A stretch of DNA of 63,987 nucleotides, counting the filler, from Craspedostauros australis (Eukaryota): NCBI GenBank assembly GCA_030167865.1. It is 9 parts of 9 records of this genome, joined end to end, with 100 filler letters (N's around TTAATTAATTAA, not from the genome) between each part and the next. Parts side by side here need not be neighbours in the genome. Positions count along the whole stretch, not along the records: positions 1 to 24,926 come from JALAGF010003733.1; positions 25,027 to 28,588 come from JALAGF010003734.1; positions 28,689 to 32,341 come from JALAGF010003735.1; positions 32,442 to 37,433 come from JALAGF010003736.1; 5 more parts are not named here. One strand, written 5' to 3'. Made by a program: the position numbers and the translations under genes. Position 1 is the stretch's first letter. The number at the start of each line of letters is the position of its first letter. Shown one piece after another: positions 21,911 through 32,706 of the stretch. The notes under the pieces are model-generated. The model saw nothing but the letters and a program-made list of their open reading frames with translations. It had not been told where the DNA came from and did no database searches.

Positions 21911-24900
21911 GATCACTTGTTGAGCTTGCAGTGAATGGGTTGTGATGATGTGGAGTGCGAGTCTGAGTGTTTTGTTTTATGACCAGGTTCGAAGTTGAGA
22001 ATGCACGGAATGCTCTCTCCTTCCCCTCCATCTCTGTGTCTTGACGTAGCATCGCTTTTGAAGCTGCAAGTCGTCGTCATGTTGGTGTCGATGCGGATGC
22101 ATATGCGAACACGGATGTGAGCTTGTGTCGATGATGCCTTGTCTGCATGTGCTCAGGTGGGATTCATCCTTCCAATCTCCTCTATATGAGAGCTATGTAC
22201 CGTAGCTTGGTGGCTTTGGAAGTCTGGTGGCTTTGCATTGGCAGTCCTTGTGGGAATGGAAAGACGGGCAGAGTGGTGCAGCTCGTTCCGATTCGGTATC
22301 CGCATGATCATGGCACTCTCATGCATTACATTGGGCATTCTCCGTTCACGGAGAGCCAATGAGATGTCTGGTGGGTTGGAAGACATCATCCGAATTGTCC
22401 TCATGGAATCGTTCTAACTGGGAGGGAACGTGCCAATTGTCTGTTCTCTTCAGCATTCAGTCACATGGCATGGCATGGCATGATGTGTGGTGCGTGGTCG
22501 CTCAACTCCTTCCGCTTGGTTTTCAATCGTCACAACCATGCGTCAATTCGTCGAATGATCCATGTCAGCTGCCGGCTTCAGAAGTTGTTGGAGTACTTGT
22601 GCCTCGTCGCACTTGTGCCATACTCGGACGTACGGGTGTCCCGTAGATTGATCGATGTGATTGAATCGTGATGATGATCAGTTTGATCTCCTCAAGTCCA
22701 GAGGTTGGAGCATGCATGTGGGAGTACCAATACATAGCATTCACCTCAGAGAAGTGCATCGTGGCATGCATGCCATCTCCATCTCCAACACCGTAAGACA
22801 CACGAGTACTGCCAACAATTCGAACCAATCGTGATGCCGAGATGGCGACCGTTGGTTTCGTTGGTGTGTTTGCACTCGATTTGCCGAGTGGCGCTGCTCA
22901 CTTCATTGTCATCTCCTGTTGTCGCACGATCACTGCTCACGTCCAACACATGATTACATCGTCATCTGATTGGAGCACCGTCTCACTTTCGATTCAATTC
23001 CGAATGGTCCAATTGTTGTCGAGCAGCGCCGAATGATCGACGAAATTGTGAGTTGGCTGGCGTCTGTTCTGTGTGTTTGTGTGTATTTTTGTGTGATGGC
23101 GCTTTGTCCACCTCTCGTATCTCTTAACGTCTATCACATGAATATTGTCCGTGTTGTGTGCTTGTGTTCGCAATAGTCCGTCAATATTCCTTCGCAACTT
23201 CAAGCGAACTCGAACATGATATTGTCCTTCTTGAACACGCGTGTGAGAATATCTGTTCAATACTTCGTCTGCACAAGCACCGCAATACCAATAGAGCGCT
23301 GCACTTTCCTGTCAGTGCCGACAAACGACCTTCACTTGGAAGAACGTCCAAGATCTCGTTCATCGGTTGTGGTGGAATGTTCCTCACCATTACTCCTGTG
23401 GAACAAGCAAGATGGATCAGAGCCACGCAGCCTGGTCATTTGCACGAGCACGAGTACACGTGACACTTGGACAGAAAACGAGACGAGAATCCCTGCTGCG
23501 ATCCTCGAATGCCGCAAAGCGATCCGCTGTGCTATGGACCAATTCGTCCAGGAACAGGTGTGTGGGACCTCTGGACGCAGCAGTCCACCCACTGGACAAG
23601 AAAAGAGGCCTCCAGAGAAATGAAGTTTCCGGACACGACGAAACATGGCACCATTCCAAAGAACATCAGCCTGGTGTGGATTGAGTTCTCTGTCTCGCTC
23701 TGTTTTGTCCTCTCTTTGAGAAAAGAGGAAACGAGTGGCGGCAACGAGAGGCGGGTGAGGAAAAACGGACGCGAACTCGTGGCTGCCCATCAAGCAAGAA
23801 CCGTCGACTGTGTTTCGTTACCGCTTGCGCAATCGCAAGGGACGCGGGCAGTCCGCTCCCAACGAACTCGAAAAGGGTTCGCATCCTCGTGGCCTGTTGA
23901 GTAGACACGGCACAGCCACGGGAGTACTCCCATGATGCTGCTCAACAACAACCTTGTGGACGCAGTGCAGAGGCGCACCTTGAAGGCAACAAAGGAGTGC
24001 CTTCACTTCGGAACTATTTTGTCTTCAAGCGTTCTTTGCTTATAGTATTCTACACTGTTCTACACATGACTGTCGGTCTGGAGATAGGTACTGGCGGGGT
24101 TAGTGAACATCGGTGTTTGGCATACCGTGATGGGCGAATATTGCTATTCCCTGCCCTTCTTCCAAAACACAGTCAAGGGCCACAACGACGGGCAAAACGA
24201 CGACAGGACGCCACCAACATTTCGAGACGGCACAAGATGCGTTGGTTGGGTACAGGACAATCACAGAGGTTACACAGAGATGGATCACGACCAGGGACGG
24301 AAACGAACCACGACCATCACTCTCTCTCCCTCTCTTTGGGGGCACCAAAGCAAACCACGTCCAATCAAGAGCGAAGGAATGGGCAGATGTCAGGGCCAAC
24401 ACAGGCGGAACGCAAGCATCCTTGACAGTAACCAGGAGAGATGTTGGGTGACACTGTTCCTTCCTTTGGGGGAGCCGTTTTGGCATGCGCTGGGAGGCGC
24501 TTCAGTGACCCTCCACCTCCCACTTCCTTGCGCGTGATTCATCGTATATCCCCATACGACCTCCAGGTCGCAGTTGATGCACTCACGATAACACTAGTTG
24601 TGGAGTGTTTTTTGAGTTTTACTCGTGATGAGTCGTGATAAAGTAGACTAAANTAGAGCACACCNAAAACCATCCAAACAACTGCTTATGATGTTATATC
24701 TCAACAACGCACCATTTAAAATTAAAACTAGACAGTTCATTCGGACGCTTGGCTATCGTTTATTCTGAATATCTTAGTTAAATTTGTATGAACTTTATTT
24801 TTAATGTCGTTTTGGCTTGCTGTCTGTCAGGTGGTGGGTGCAAAAAATTCTCGATGGCACCATGCTGCCCTACCTTCAGCACCCATGATCATCATTATCA

Positions 24901-24926
24901 TCCCTGGCATTTTCACAATCTGCGCA

Positions 24927-25026
24927 NNNNNNNNNNNNNNNNNNNNNNNNNNNNNNNNNNNNNNNNNNNNTTAATTAATTAANNNNNNNNNNNNNNNNNN
25001 NNNNNNNNNNNNNNNNNNNNNNNNNN
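24927..25026. other. Artificial contig spacer (44 N + TTAATTAATTAA + 44 N); same spacer at 28589-28688, 32342-32441, 37434-37533, 43152-43251, 49139-49238, 51936-52035, 62566-62665
   Basis: Eight identical 100-nt spacers with a six-frame stop linker. Confidence 0.98.
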
Positions 25027-25234
25027 CGATGGTTTCGACTTTGACCTTGCGGAAGGTGAATTCACATGGCTGAAAGAAGGCACCGTAGAATCCATGTGGC
25101 TCCTTGTTGGTGAGGCAGTCCTCGATGAGCTGGTTCTCCAGCTCGTGCGCTTTCGTGGTGAAGTCGACGTCGCGAGCGGCTGCAGAGGAGAATGCCAGGG
25201 CCAGAACGGTGGTTTTGAGGAAGAGTGGTGCCAT
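25027..25234 (-). CDS. N-terminus of a secreted protein, truncated by gap
   Basis: MAPLFLKTTVLALAFSSAAA signal peptide; ORF runs into the spacer. Confidence 0.6.
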
Positions 25235-25999
25235 GGTGATCGTGCAATGTGTGTTGTGTACAAGTAGAGTCGTGTGGAGTGCGTGTGTGGGATCGTTGTT
25301 TTCTTGAGATGTTGCTTATTTTGTGAGCATGTGATCAATCTTCTTTGCGCCATCGCTATTGCTTGCGGTCTCTTTTGTGTTGGTGTGTCGGACATCGAAC
25401 ACGATCCTTTGTTCCAGTTAGTTGTTGAATCCCACACAAATTGTGACCAGTTCCGCCCCCACGCACAAGACTCGATTCGATTGTTCTACCCTGTTCCTCC
25501 AGATTGGCCTAATTCGCCACGGTGTTGGGTCGAGGCATCCAATGCCCACGGGTCGTACCAAACGCCCTTCCTCCTGGACGATCGCAGTCGCACCTCGTAG
25601 TCATGATTCTCACGATTTACCGCAAAAGGCAGAACCGTGGGCGCAGCAGTCCCAGATTTACTCGCTGCATGGTACTAGTGTGGCAGAGCATCGCCATCAT
25701 AAATGTTGAGTTGAGATCGTGCATCCTCCAGTACCTCCTACTGGCTACAAGCTAAAAACATGAACGGTGTGGAGCGTAGATGGAGAGCATCTAAATTTAA
25801 TTGTGGTGTACGTGTATGAGACAGTAGCATTGCGGCGATGGGGCTCCTTTGGCACGATTATCTCCGCCGGAGACAGATGGGGAGTTGGAGGCATGTGTCT
25901 TCTCGTTTGAGGCCCCGGCTGTTTTCACCCTCAGTCGGCGCACCACCCGCTCTTCCATTCATCACGTAGACGCAAATCCAAAGCTGAAAACCAACCCAA

Positions 26000-28588
26000 T
26001 CAGTTTGTGGTCGGCCCAAGAAGCACCTGTTGCGGGACGCGATTGTGGGGCATGCTCGATCGCGACGCGCGTGGTGACATCGGGTCGATGTATATGGAAC
26101 GGCATTCCTGGAGGTACTCGGCCTTGGCCACGCATCCCCAATCCTTGTACAAATACAGAGCACGTTGGAAGAAGTTNNNNNNNNNNNNNNNNNNNNNNGA
26201 ACGCAGAAAGTGCTCACCAGCCAACTCGCATCCCAAGGCCGCCGTCTGGACTTGGCCATGGTGCAAGGCGGTCTGGATCGCGAGGTTGTAAGCCCCCAGC
26301 ACCTTGTAGGGGAGCTTGCCACCTTGGAGCGAGACCAGCTCTGCCTTGAGCAGCAGGCGCCGGTCTCGGCAGTTGCAACCTTGGATGGAGAGCATCTTCT
26401 TCAGGGCCTTGTACATCTTGCGCAGCTTCATCCGATATCCCGGCCGTCGTGTCTTGCGGTAGAGGCCAGATGCGATCAGACCAGACAGAAACGGTCTCCA
26501 CATTTCGTTTTCGTAGCTCTTGTCGTGCGCTGATGCCTCCCAGTACTTCTTGATGAAGGCTTCTGCCAGCTCGTACTGGAAGAACATGAGCGCCATCTGC
26601 GTCTTGGCCCAGAACCGGAACGTGGCGCGTGTCTTGAGGTCAGATTCAGACATCTCGATGTCCGTTTCATCCGTCGACGTCTCCTCAAGGCTGTCTTGGT
26701 CAGTCGTTGACTTGATGGTGTCGTCATTGTTGCTGCCCTTGTTACTTCCTTCGCCCGTCGTGTCCTCGTTCTTGAAGCTCTCCCAATCCATCTCCTTGTA
26801 CGAACTTGTGAGAAACCGGATCAGCCGGATGATCTCGGAGCCCATACCAATCACACCTTCCACACGGTACACAGCAGCTTGGTTGAGCATGGACTCGCCG
26901 TTGGTCAGGATCTGGCCCAGGTTGCAACTTGTGGTGTAGGCGTGTATCACACCAAGTTGCCAATTCAGAAAGCCAGTCTCGAAGTCACCATCCCCCATCG
27001 AAACTCGATATCCTTGCTGGTATGATGCGATGACGTCGACGGGATCCTTGTAAATTGAGTATACGTACAGGCTGCTCACGAGATGAACCCAACCAGCGCG
27101 TACGTTGTTGCCAGGGATCTCATCCAGAATGCGGTGGGCCAGATTCGCGAATCGAACACCGCCTTCGTGATCCCCGGTTGTGGAGGTGATGAGCGCGTAC
27201 GAAGCCAAGGCGCATCCACAATCTCCGTTGATCCCATTCTTCATGATCCACCGCATGAGCTTCCCAATGGAAGCCAGAAACTCTGCCACACGACCAGTCA
27301 TCATGGCGCGCATCGAGAATTCCTGCAGCAACCGGTATGAATCCACAGTCTCCGCGTCAGTCACACGTGGCAGGCCCAAGATCTCATCGTCTGTTACATT
27401 GCGGAAGAATGACTTGATCTTACCCATGTCTCGCAAGAAGTGGACCATGTAGAAACGGGCAGGGAACATACCCGCCTTCACCAATGGGGATCTCGCGGAC
27501 TCGAACGCATCCACCAGCAGGTTCTCGCGTCCCAACGACGCGGACAGAGCCAGGTACGTCGGCAGCTTATCCGACAGACATCTCGCGTTCGACAAGATGA
27601 GCTGGACCATCTCACGTCCCAAAGACAGATTGCCCAGACCCAGCTCCACCTTCGATCGCGTCTCGAATAGACGCAGCGTCAGATCGTAGTTATCCACCCA
27701 CTGGCTTGCACGATCCAATGCCTGATTGGATTGGCCATCGAAGTGGGTCAGCTTGCACCAGGCGCGATGTGCATTCTGCAAATAGATGGAAGCGGCTGAC
27801 AGAGCGGCCTTGCTCAACGCCAACTCGCCGATCTCAGTGTTGAGAGTGGTGATGTAGAGATGGTCCTTGCTCGGTGCGCTGTTGATGTGATCCGCAGCCA
27901 CGAACAGCAGAGCCTCGTCTTCCAGGATGGTTCTTTCGATATCATCTGTGTTGTCGGTCTCCGTTTGGAACTCTCGGAGCTCCTCGTTGGCTTCNCACTG
28001 CTTCCACACCTCGATGATCCGCTTGCCGATCCTTCCTCTCATTCGATTGCGTTCCTCGCCGTATTCTATCAGCTCGTATGCCGCTTGCTGGATCCGATCG
28101 TGAACAAAGGCATACCGGAGCTCCGACGATACCGATGGCTTGAGCACCTTCTCCTTCACACCCCCGTCCAGGATCTGCTGCAGCTGAGAGATGCTGAGCG
28201 ACTCCATAGCGCTGGCGCTGCCGTTGGCAGTGGCACTACCATTGGTGGTCCCATTGCACGATGCTGGACCGTGCTCGATATGACCATCATCATGACCTTC
28301 CAGAACGTTGCCGTGCAGGATGGCGAGCAGCGTGTAGATATGAAACTCGGAACGTTGGAGGTAGGATGCCACCGTCAGCACACAGCGCAACATGGAGCAT
28401 GACAGCTGCTGCAGCTTGAGGGTCATCATCTGGACGACGGAGTCGGCGATCATTGGCAGCGGATCTCCATCTTCCGCTTTGACGTGGTTGAAGTTCCACT
28501 CCCACTGGAAGAAGATGCGTGAGTAGACCAGACAGTTGTGCCTCTCGAGCTGTTCCAATGCTTGCATCATGAAGAGCCAGTTGCCGTG
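26000..28588 (-). CDS. STAND/AAA-ATPase-type protein, C-terminal part (winged helix + TPR-like helical repeats); 5' truncated
   Basis: HGNWLFM (GxP-like), YAFVHDRIQQAAYELI, AYNLAIQTA...AALGCELAGEHF...RALYLYKDWGCVAKAEYL; ends without GAF or histidine kinase domains. Confidence 0.8.
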   Translation of the reverse strand, partial: HGNWLFMMQALEQLERHNCLVYSRIFFQWEWNFNHVKAEDGDPLPMIADSVVQMMTLKLQQLSCSMLRCVLTVASYLQRSEFHIYTLLAILHGNVLEGHDDGHIEHGPASCNGTTNGSATANGSASAMESLSISQLQQILDGGVKEKVLKPSVSSELRYAFVHDRIQQAAYELIEYGEERNRMRGRIGKRIIEVWKQXEANEELREFQTETDNTDDIERTILEDEALLFVAADHINSAPSKDHLYITTLNTEIGELALSKAALSAASIYLQNAHRAWCKLTHFDGQSNQALDRASQWVDNYDLTLRLFETRSKVELGLGNLSLGREMVQLILSNARCLSDKLPTYLALSASLGRENLLVDAFESARSPLVKAGMFPARFYMVHFLRDMGKIKSFFRNVTDDEILGLPRVTDAETVDSYRLLQEFSMRAMMTGRVAEFLASIGKLMRWIMKNGINGDCGCALASYALITSTTGDHEGGVRFANLAHRILDEIPGNNVRAGWVHLVSSLYVYSIYKDPVDVIASYQQGYRVSMGDGDFETGFLNWQLGVIHAYTTSCNLGQILTNGESMLNQAAVYRVEGVIGMGSEIIRLIRFLTSSYKEMDWESFKNEDTTGEGSNKGSNNDDTIKSTTDQDSLEETSTDETDIEMSESDLKTRATFRFWAKTQMALMFFQYELAEAFIKKYWEASAHDKSYENEMWRPFLSGLIASGLYRKTRRPGYRMKLRKMYKALKKMLSIQGCNCRDRRLLLKAELVSLQGGKLPYKVLGAYNLAIQTALHHGQVQTAALGCELAGEHFLRXXXXXXXXNFFQRALYLYKDWGCVAKAEYLQECRSIYIDPMSPRASRSSMPHNRVPQQVLLGPTTN

Positions 28589-28688
28589 NNNNNNNNNNNN
28601 NNNNNNNNNNNNNNNNNNNNNNNNNNNNNNNNTTAATTAATTAANNNNNNNNNNNNNNNNNNNNNNNNNNNNNNNNNNNNNNNNNNNN

Positions 28689-31600
28689 CAGTTCATTATT
28701 CCCTGCGAATCGACTGGGAGTCAATGCCTTGCGCACTGTTCAGCTGTCAGACCACCATCTTACTTCGATCTACATTGGTACAGTCCTAATCTTCACTACT
28801 ATTTGTGTTGGATGTTACCCTGCTTACATTTGCCATGCTTGTGTTGTTGGTGGGAGCCGTTTATGCTTGCTTTTGTGCCAATGTTGCATCTCGGCGCGGA
28901 TGCTACTGTCAGTTGCGAGCAAGCGTACGCGCACCCTCCCTTTCTCTCCATCTTCACAGTTTCGATCTTTGCCCAGTGCATTCTGCCAAGGTGCGATGCC
29001 TTGTCGTCGCACGAGTTCGTCTCCTTTGCACTGGCAGGTCGGTTGTGGGGCTCCTGCTTCTTTTCCTTTCCTGCTTCTTCTGTAGTCGAGTCCGTGGCCG
29101 GTTGCATCTTGGTTCAGGGGCTTGAGGCTGCACATTATTGTCCTTCGGCTTCTTCTGTGCGCTATTCATGGCATTCCACTTCTTGTAATCATTCTCCACC
29201 TTCGTTGTCCATGACCTGTCTGCGCCATGCAGCATGCGATAACATGTGTTCGATGCAATGATCTCTTCGTTGTCGACAACGAGGTTGTTCATTGTCAATT
29301 TGCTTGTGATTCCACAATCCTTCTCCCACCGTATGTGGCCTGCTGTTGGGGCAACACATGCAAACATGTGACATTCCATGCACATCCATTTCGTGTGTAC
29401 TCCGCAGACGACACATTCTTTTCGAGCCTTCACGCAATGGATCGGCTCATGGTTGCCCTCTGCAAGGCGTTCGTTCAGAGCGACACCCTCCTGAGGCAGC
29501 GCATCGCCTGTCATTGACAGCAACTTCCGTATCTCGTCATTACTATGCGTCTTTGCTCTCTCCTGCGAGGGTCTTCCATCGTACACACGCTGTGTTCCAT
29601 TCGGTTCCACTGGAGGGGCGACAGCGTTGAACGCCTGGGTGCGCTGCATGTGAGTTTCTGCGTCTGCAGCTCGTTCAGTCATCCACGCCACTGTATCCCC
29701 CATCACTCTGCATAAGATCTCCATCGATGCAGCAACGGATTGCCTCTTGTTGACCATGCTTCTGTAGTGTCTGATGGTTGGCGTTGCATCCAGATCTGCA
29801 TTGGTATGTATGTCCGGTGTGCAGCAGTAATGCATGAGCTTGTGAAGGAACAGCATCACTACCTCCAAGATTCGCACCACAGCATTACATTGAAAAGTAG
29901 AATATGGTGGGTGAGGTTGGTGCTGCCGAATCATACGCGTCATCACATCCGAGCCACCCTTGAATCCGTTCCACCGTGCAATCACGCCTGGAACAAACGT
30001 GTGTGTTCTTGGAACTGGTATTGCCAACTCCTGACATGCCCTCCAGATATATAGCTGGTGAAAAACATCTTCTTTTGTCAGGGCAGCAATGTGGTGGCCG
30101 CCAGATCCTTTCTTGTTGCCGTGTCTATCCGAGAGAAGATACTCCTCCAACATCTTGCCCGAGGACGTCGAAGTCGGGTGCACACCTTCGTCAGTGTACG
30201 CAAACGTCAAACCCAGCCGATACATATCCCTCAAGACGATACCATAAGATTGCAGGAGAGATGGTTTGAATCTTGTTGAGAGGGATCTAAGGATTTCAGC
30301 CGTCGAACCACCTACCAGCAACATGAGTGCATCGGTAGTATGGCGATTGCAGCCAGTAGCGGAGACCAAGGGCAGGTGATGTGAGTATATCATGTTGGGA
30401 CTGTTGCGTTGCATACAATCCAACTGCGCCGGATCACGTACCAATTACGACCATCGCACCAGGCACCCCGAAGACGTACGAATGATGCAACAGCTGGATC
30501 ATTTCTGACTTGTGCTGGAACATTGCCCGCCATGCCTCTCCCTCAGCATCGCGAAAGACATGCTCGTCCTCACTGAAACCGAACGAAATGCTTGCATTGC
30601 GCTGTTGTTGCTTCTCTCTGTCTTCTGTATTCGTCTTTGTGCGCGTCTTCATCTCCACGACGAACACCTCGTCTGTGCCATCATCCAGTGGGTCTCCCAC
30701 AATGGCCAGGAAGTCCACGGAAGCTCGAGCGTACTTCTCTGTGCTTTTGGCCACAATGCCAGCACGGTATGCGGCTTTCACACGACGAGCATCACCACCA
30801 ACCCCAACACACTCCATGGCTGCCTTCATGAGTGGGAGTTCATTTGCATGTCCGATTTTCGCATTCTTTGCTGCCTTGCCTTTCAACCCCTTCATAAACC
30901 ACGATTGTAGCTGCATGGTTGTGACCTTGTACTTCGGTGCTTGCATCCATGGCGTGTCACCAGTTGTTTCAGTGGAGGAGGTCGCTGGCTCCAGGCGTTT
31001 CTCCATATCGATGAGCTCCAATGTCACCATCCTGTCCATCAGTGTGCTTTTCATGTCTTTGTCTAGCTTGGACTTTGGCAGTCGACCTAGTAATCGTTTC
31101 TTTAGAATGGCTTCAGTGAAAGCCACGAATCGTCGCCGCACCTTGTTTTCTTCCTCCAGTACAGTTTGAAGCGTCTTGAATTGCGTTGGTCGGCGGCGCT
31201 TGATTTTATTCCCATAGAACAGGTGCATGAGAGCGGTCAGGTCCCCGTCAGAGATGGCGTCTGTATCTTCTTCTGCCCTGAGAAGACTTGCTTCGAGATC
31301 CCTTGAATCCTGTGCAGGGTCTGTCAACTGTTGGTACATCATCACAGCTTTCATTCTTGTACTCTCTGTTGCGACGTCGTTGGTGTACTGCTGCTTCTTG
31401 CCATCGACGTCGAAGCCAATGTAGCGACCAACCTGTTCCCATGCAGCCTGGTTGAAGGTTGCCTGGTTGTTGGAGTTGCACCATTCACCACTGCTGAGAA
31501 TGGCGTCGATAATGTGGTAGGTTGATGTGCTCGTAAAGGCAAACCGCCTCTGCATGAACCAGAGGTGATCACCCTGCTCGCACGTCAGCCCGTCGACGTG

Positions 31601-32257
31601 AAGATCCCATACCTTTCCTGCCCAGCGTTCCTGAACCATTTCTGCTGTGGTGGCAGCGCAACTCAGGGGATTGTTCTGAGGCAGGGAGGCCGCGGCCGCC
31701 ACTGTTGATGACAGCTTCAGGTTGATCAAGGCACCTTGGAAGTAGTGAGGGTACAGCGGAGATCTTGGATTGTCTCCATCCTTCTTGGCTACCATGTCTT
31801 GGTACATGCGCAGATCCCGTTGATGGAGGAGGTTGAGGTCCCATTGGAACCGCGGAGCCTTTGTGGACAAGGCTAGAACATTTTTCTTGTTGTGACGGTA
31901 GGAGTAGCAGGTAAGTTGTTTCTTACTGATGCTGTTGGTTACTGCAATTTGCAGGTGCCGTGGTCCATTGTTGCTGACGTCAATCTGCTCGTGCCCAAAT
32001 GACACACCGTCGAAAGTGAATGGAAGATATCCACAGCGCTTGTGTGTGCCCTCGAGGTCGGCATCCTTTTCCATCAAGATTGCAGTCATATCTTCACTGT
32101 TGTACCCACGATCGGCCATGAGTGTGATATGACGGAGCAGTCCATTGGTCTGCGCAACCTGTGGCAAGAGGACCATGTTGTCATCGTCAAGGCTGTCGCG
32201 AGAGGCAGAGATTCCAGCAATAAGGCCAGACGCAGAGTGGACGAGAGTGTTCAGTGT
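28689..32257 (-). mobile_element. Copy 1 (5'-truncated) of piggyBac-like/YqaJ transposon
   Basis: Matches 32442-36010 at offset 3753; I noticed only two substitutions, both near 32170-32185; diverges at 32258. Confidence 0.85.
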
Positions 32258-32341
32258 TATCAACATCTAGATCGAAATTAGGTACCCATCTCCCATGACT
32301 GAAACGTGATTCATTATTTTGATTCGACTCGATTTTGAGAG
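32255..32341 (+). mobile_element. Possible LTR-retrotransposon end inserted into transposon copy 1
   Basis: Abrupt switch to unrelated AT-richer sequence beginning TGTTATC at the breakpoint; only 87 nt visible. Confidence 0.4.
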
Positions 32342-32706
32342 NNNNNNNNNNNNNNNNNNNNNNNNNNNNNNNNNNNNNNNNNNNNTTAATTAATTAANNN
32401 NNNNNNNNNNNNNNNNNNNNNNNNNNNNNNNNNNNNNNNNNCAGTTCATTATTCCCTGCGAATCGACTGGGAGTCAATGCCTTGCGCACTGTTCAGCTGT
32501 CAGACCACCATCTTACTTCGATCTACATTGGTACAGTCCTAATCTTCACTACTATTTGTGTTGGATGTTACCCTGCTTACATTTGCCATGCTTGTGTTGT
32601 TGGTGGGAGCCGTTTATGCTTGCTTTTGTGCCAATGTTGCATCTCGGCGCGGATGCTACTGTCAGTTGCGAGCAAGCGTACGCGCACCCTCCCTTTCTCT
32701 CCATCT

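Noticed and set aside
22000..24926. Assorted short ORFs and an AT-rich contig end as genes or a TE terminus
   Set aside because: No recognisable domains, coding bias or terminal repeats.
24971..24982. Recurrent TTAATTAATTAA as a biological motif or piggyBac TTAA target site
   Set aside because: Always centred in identical 100-nt N spacers; it is an artificial six-frame stop linker.
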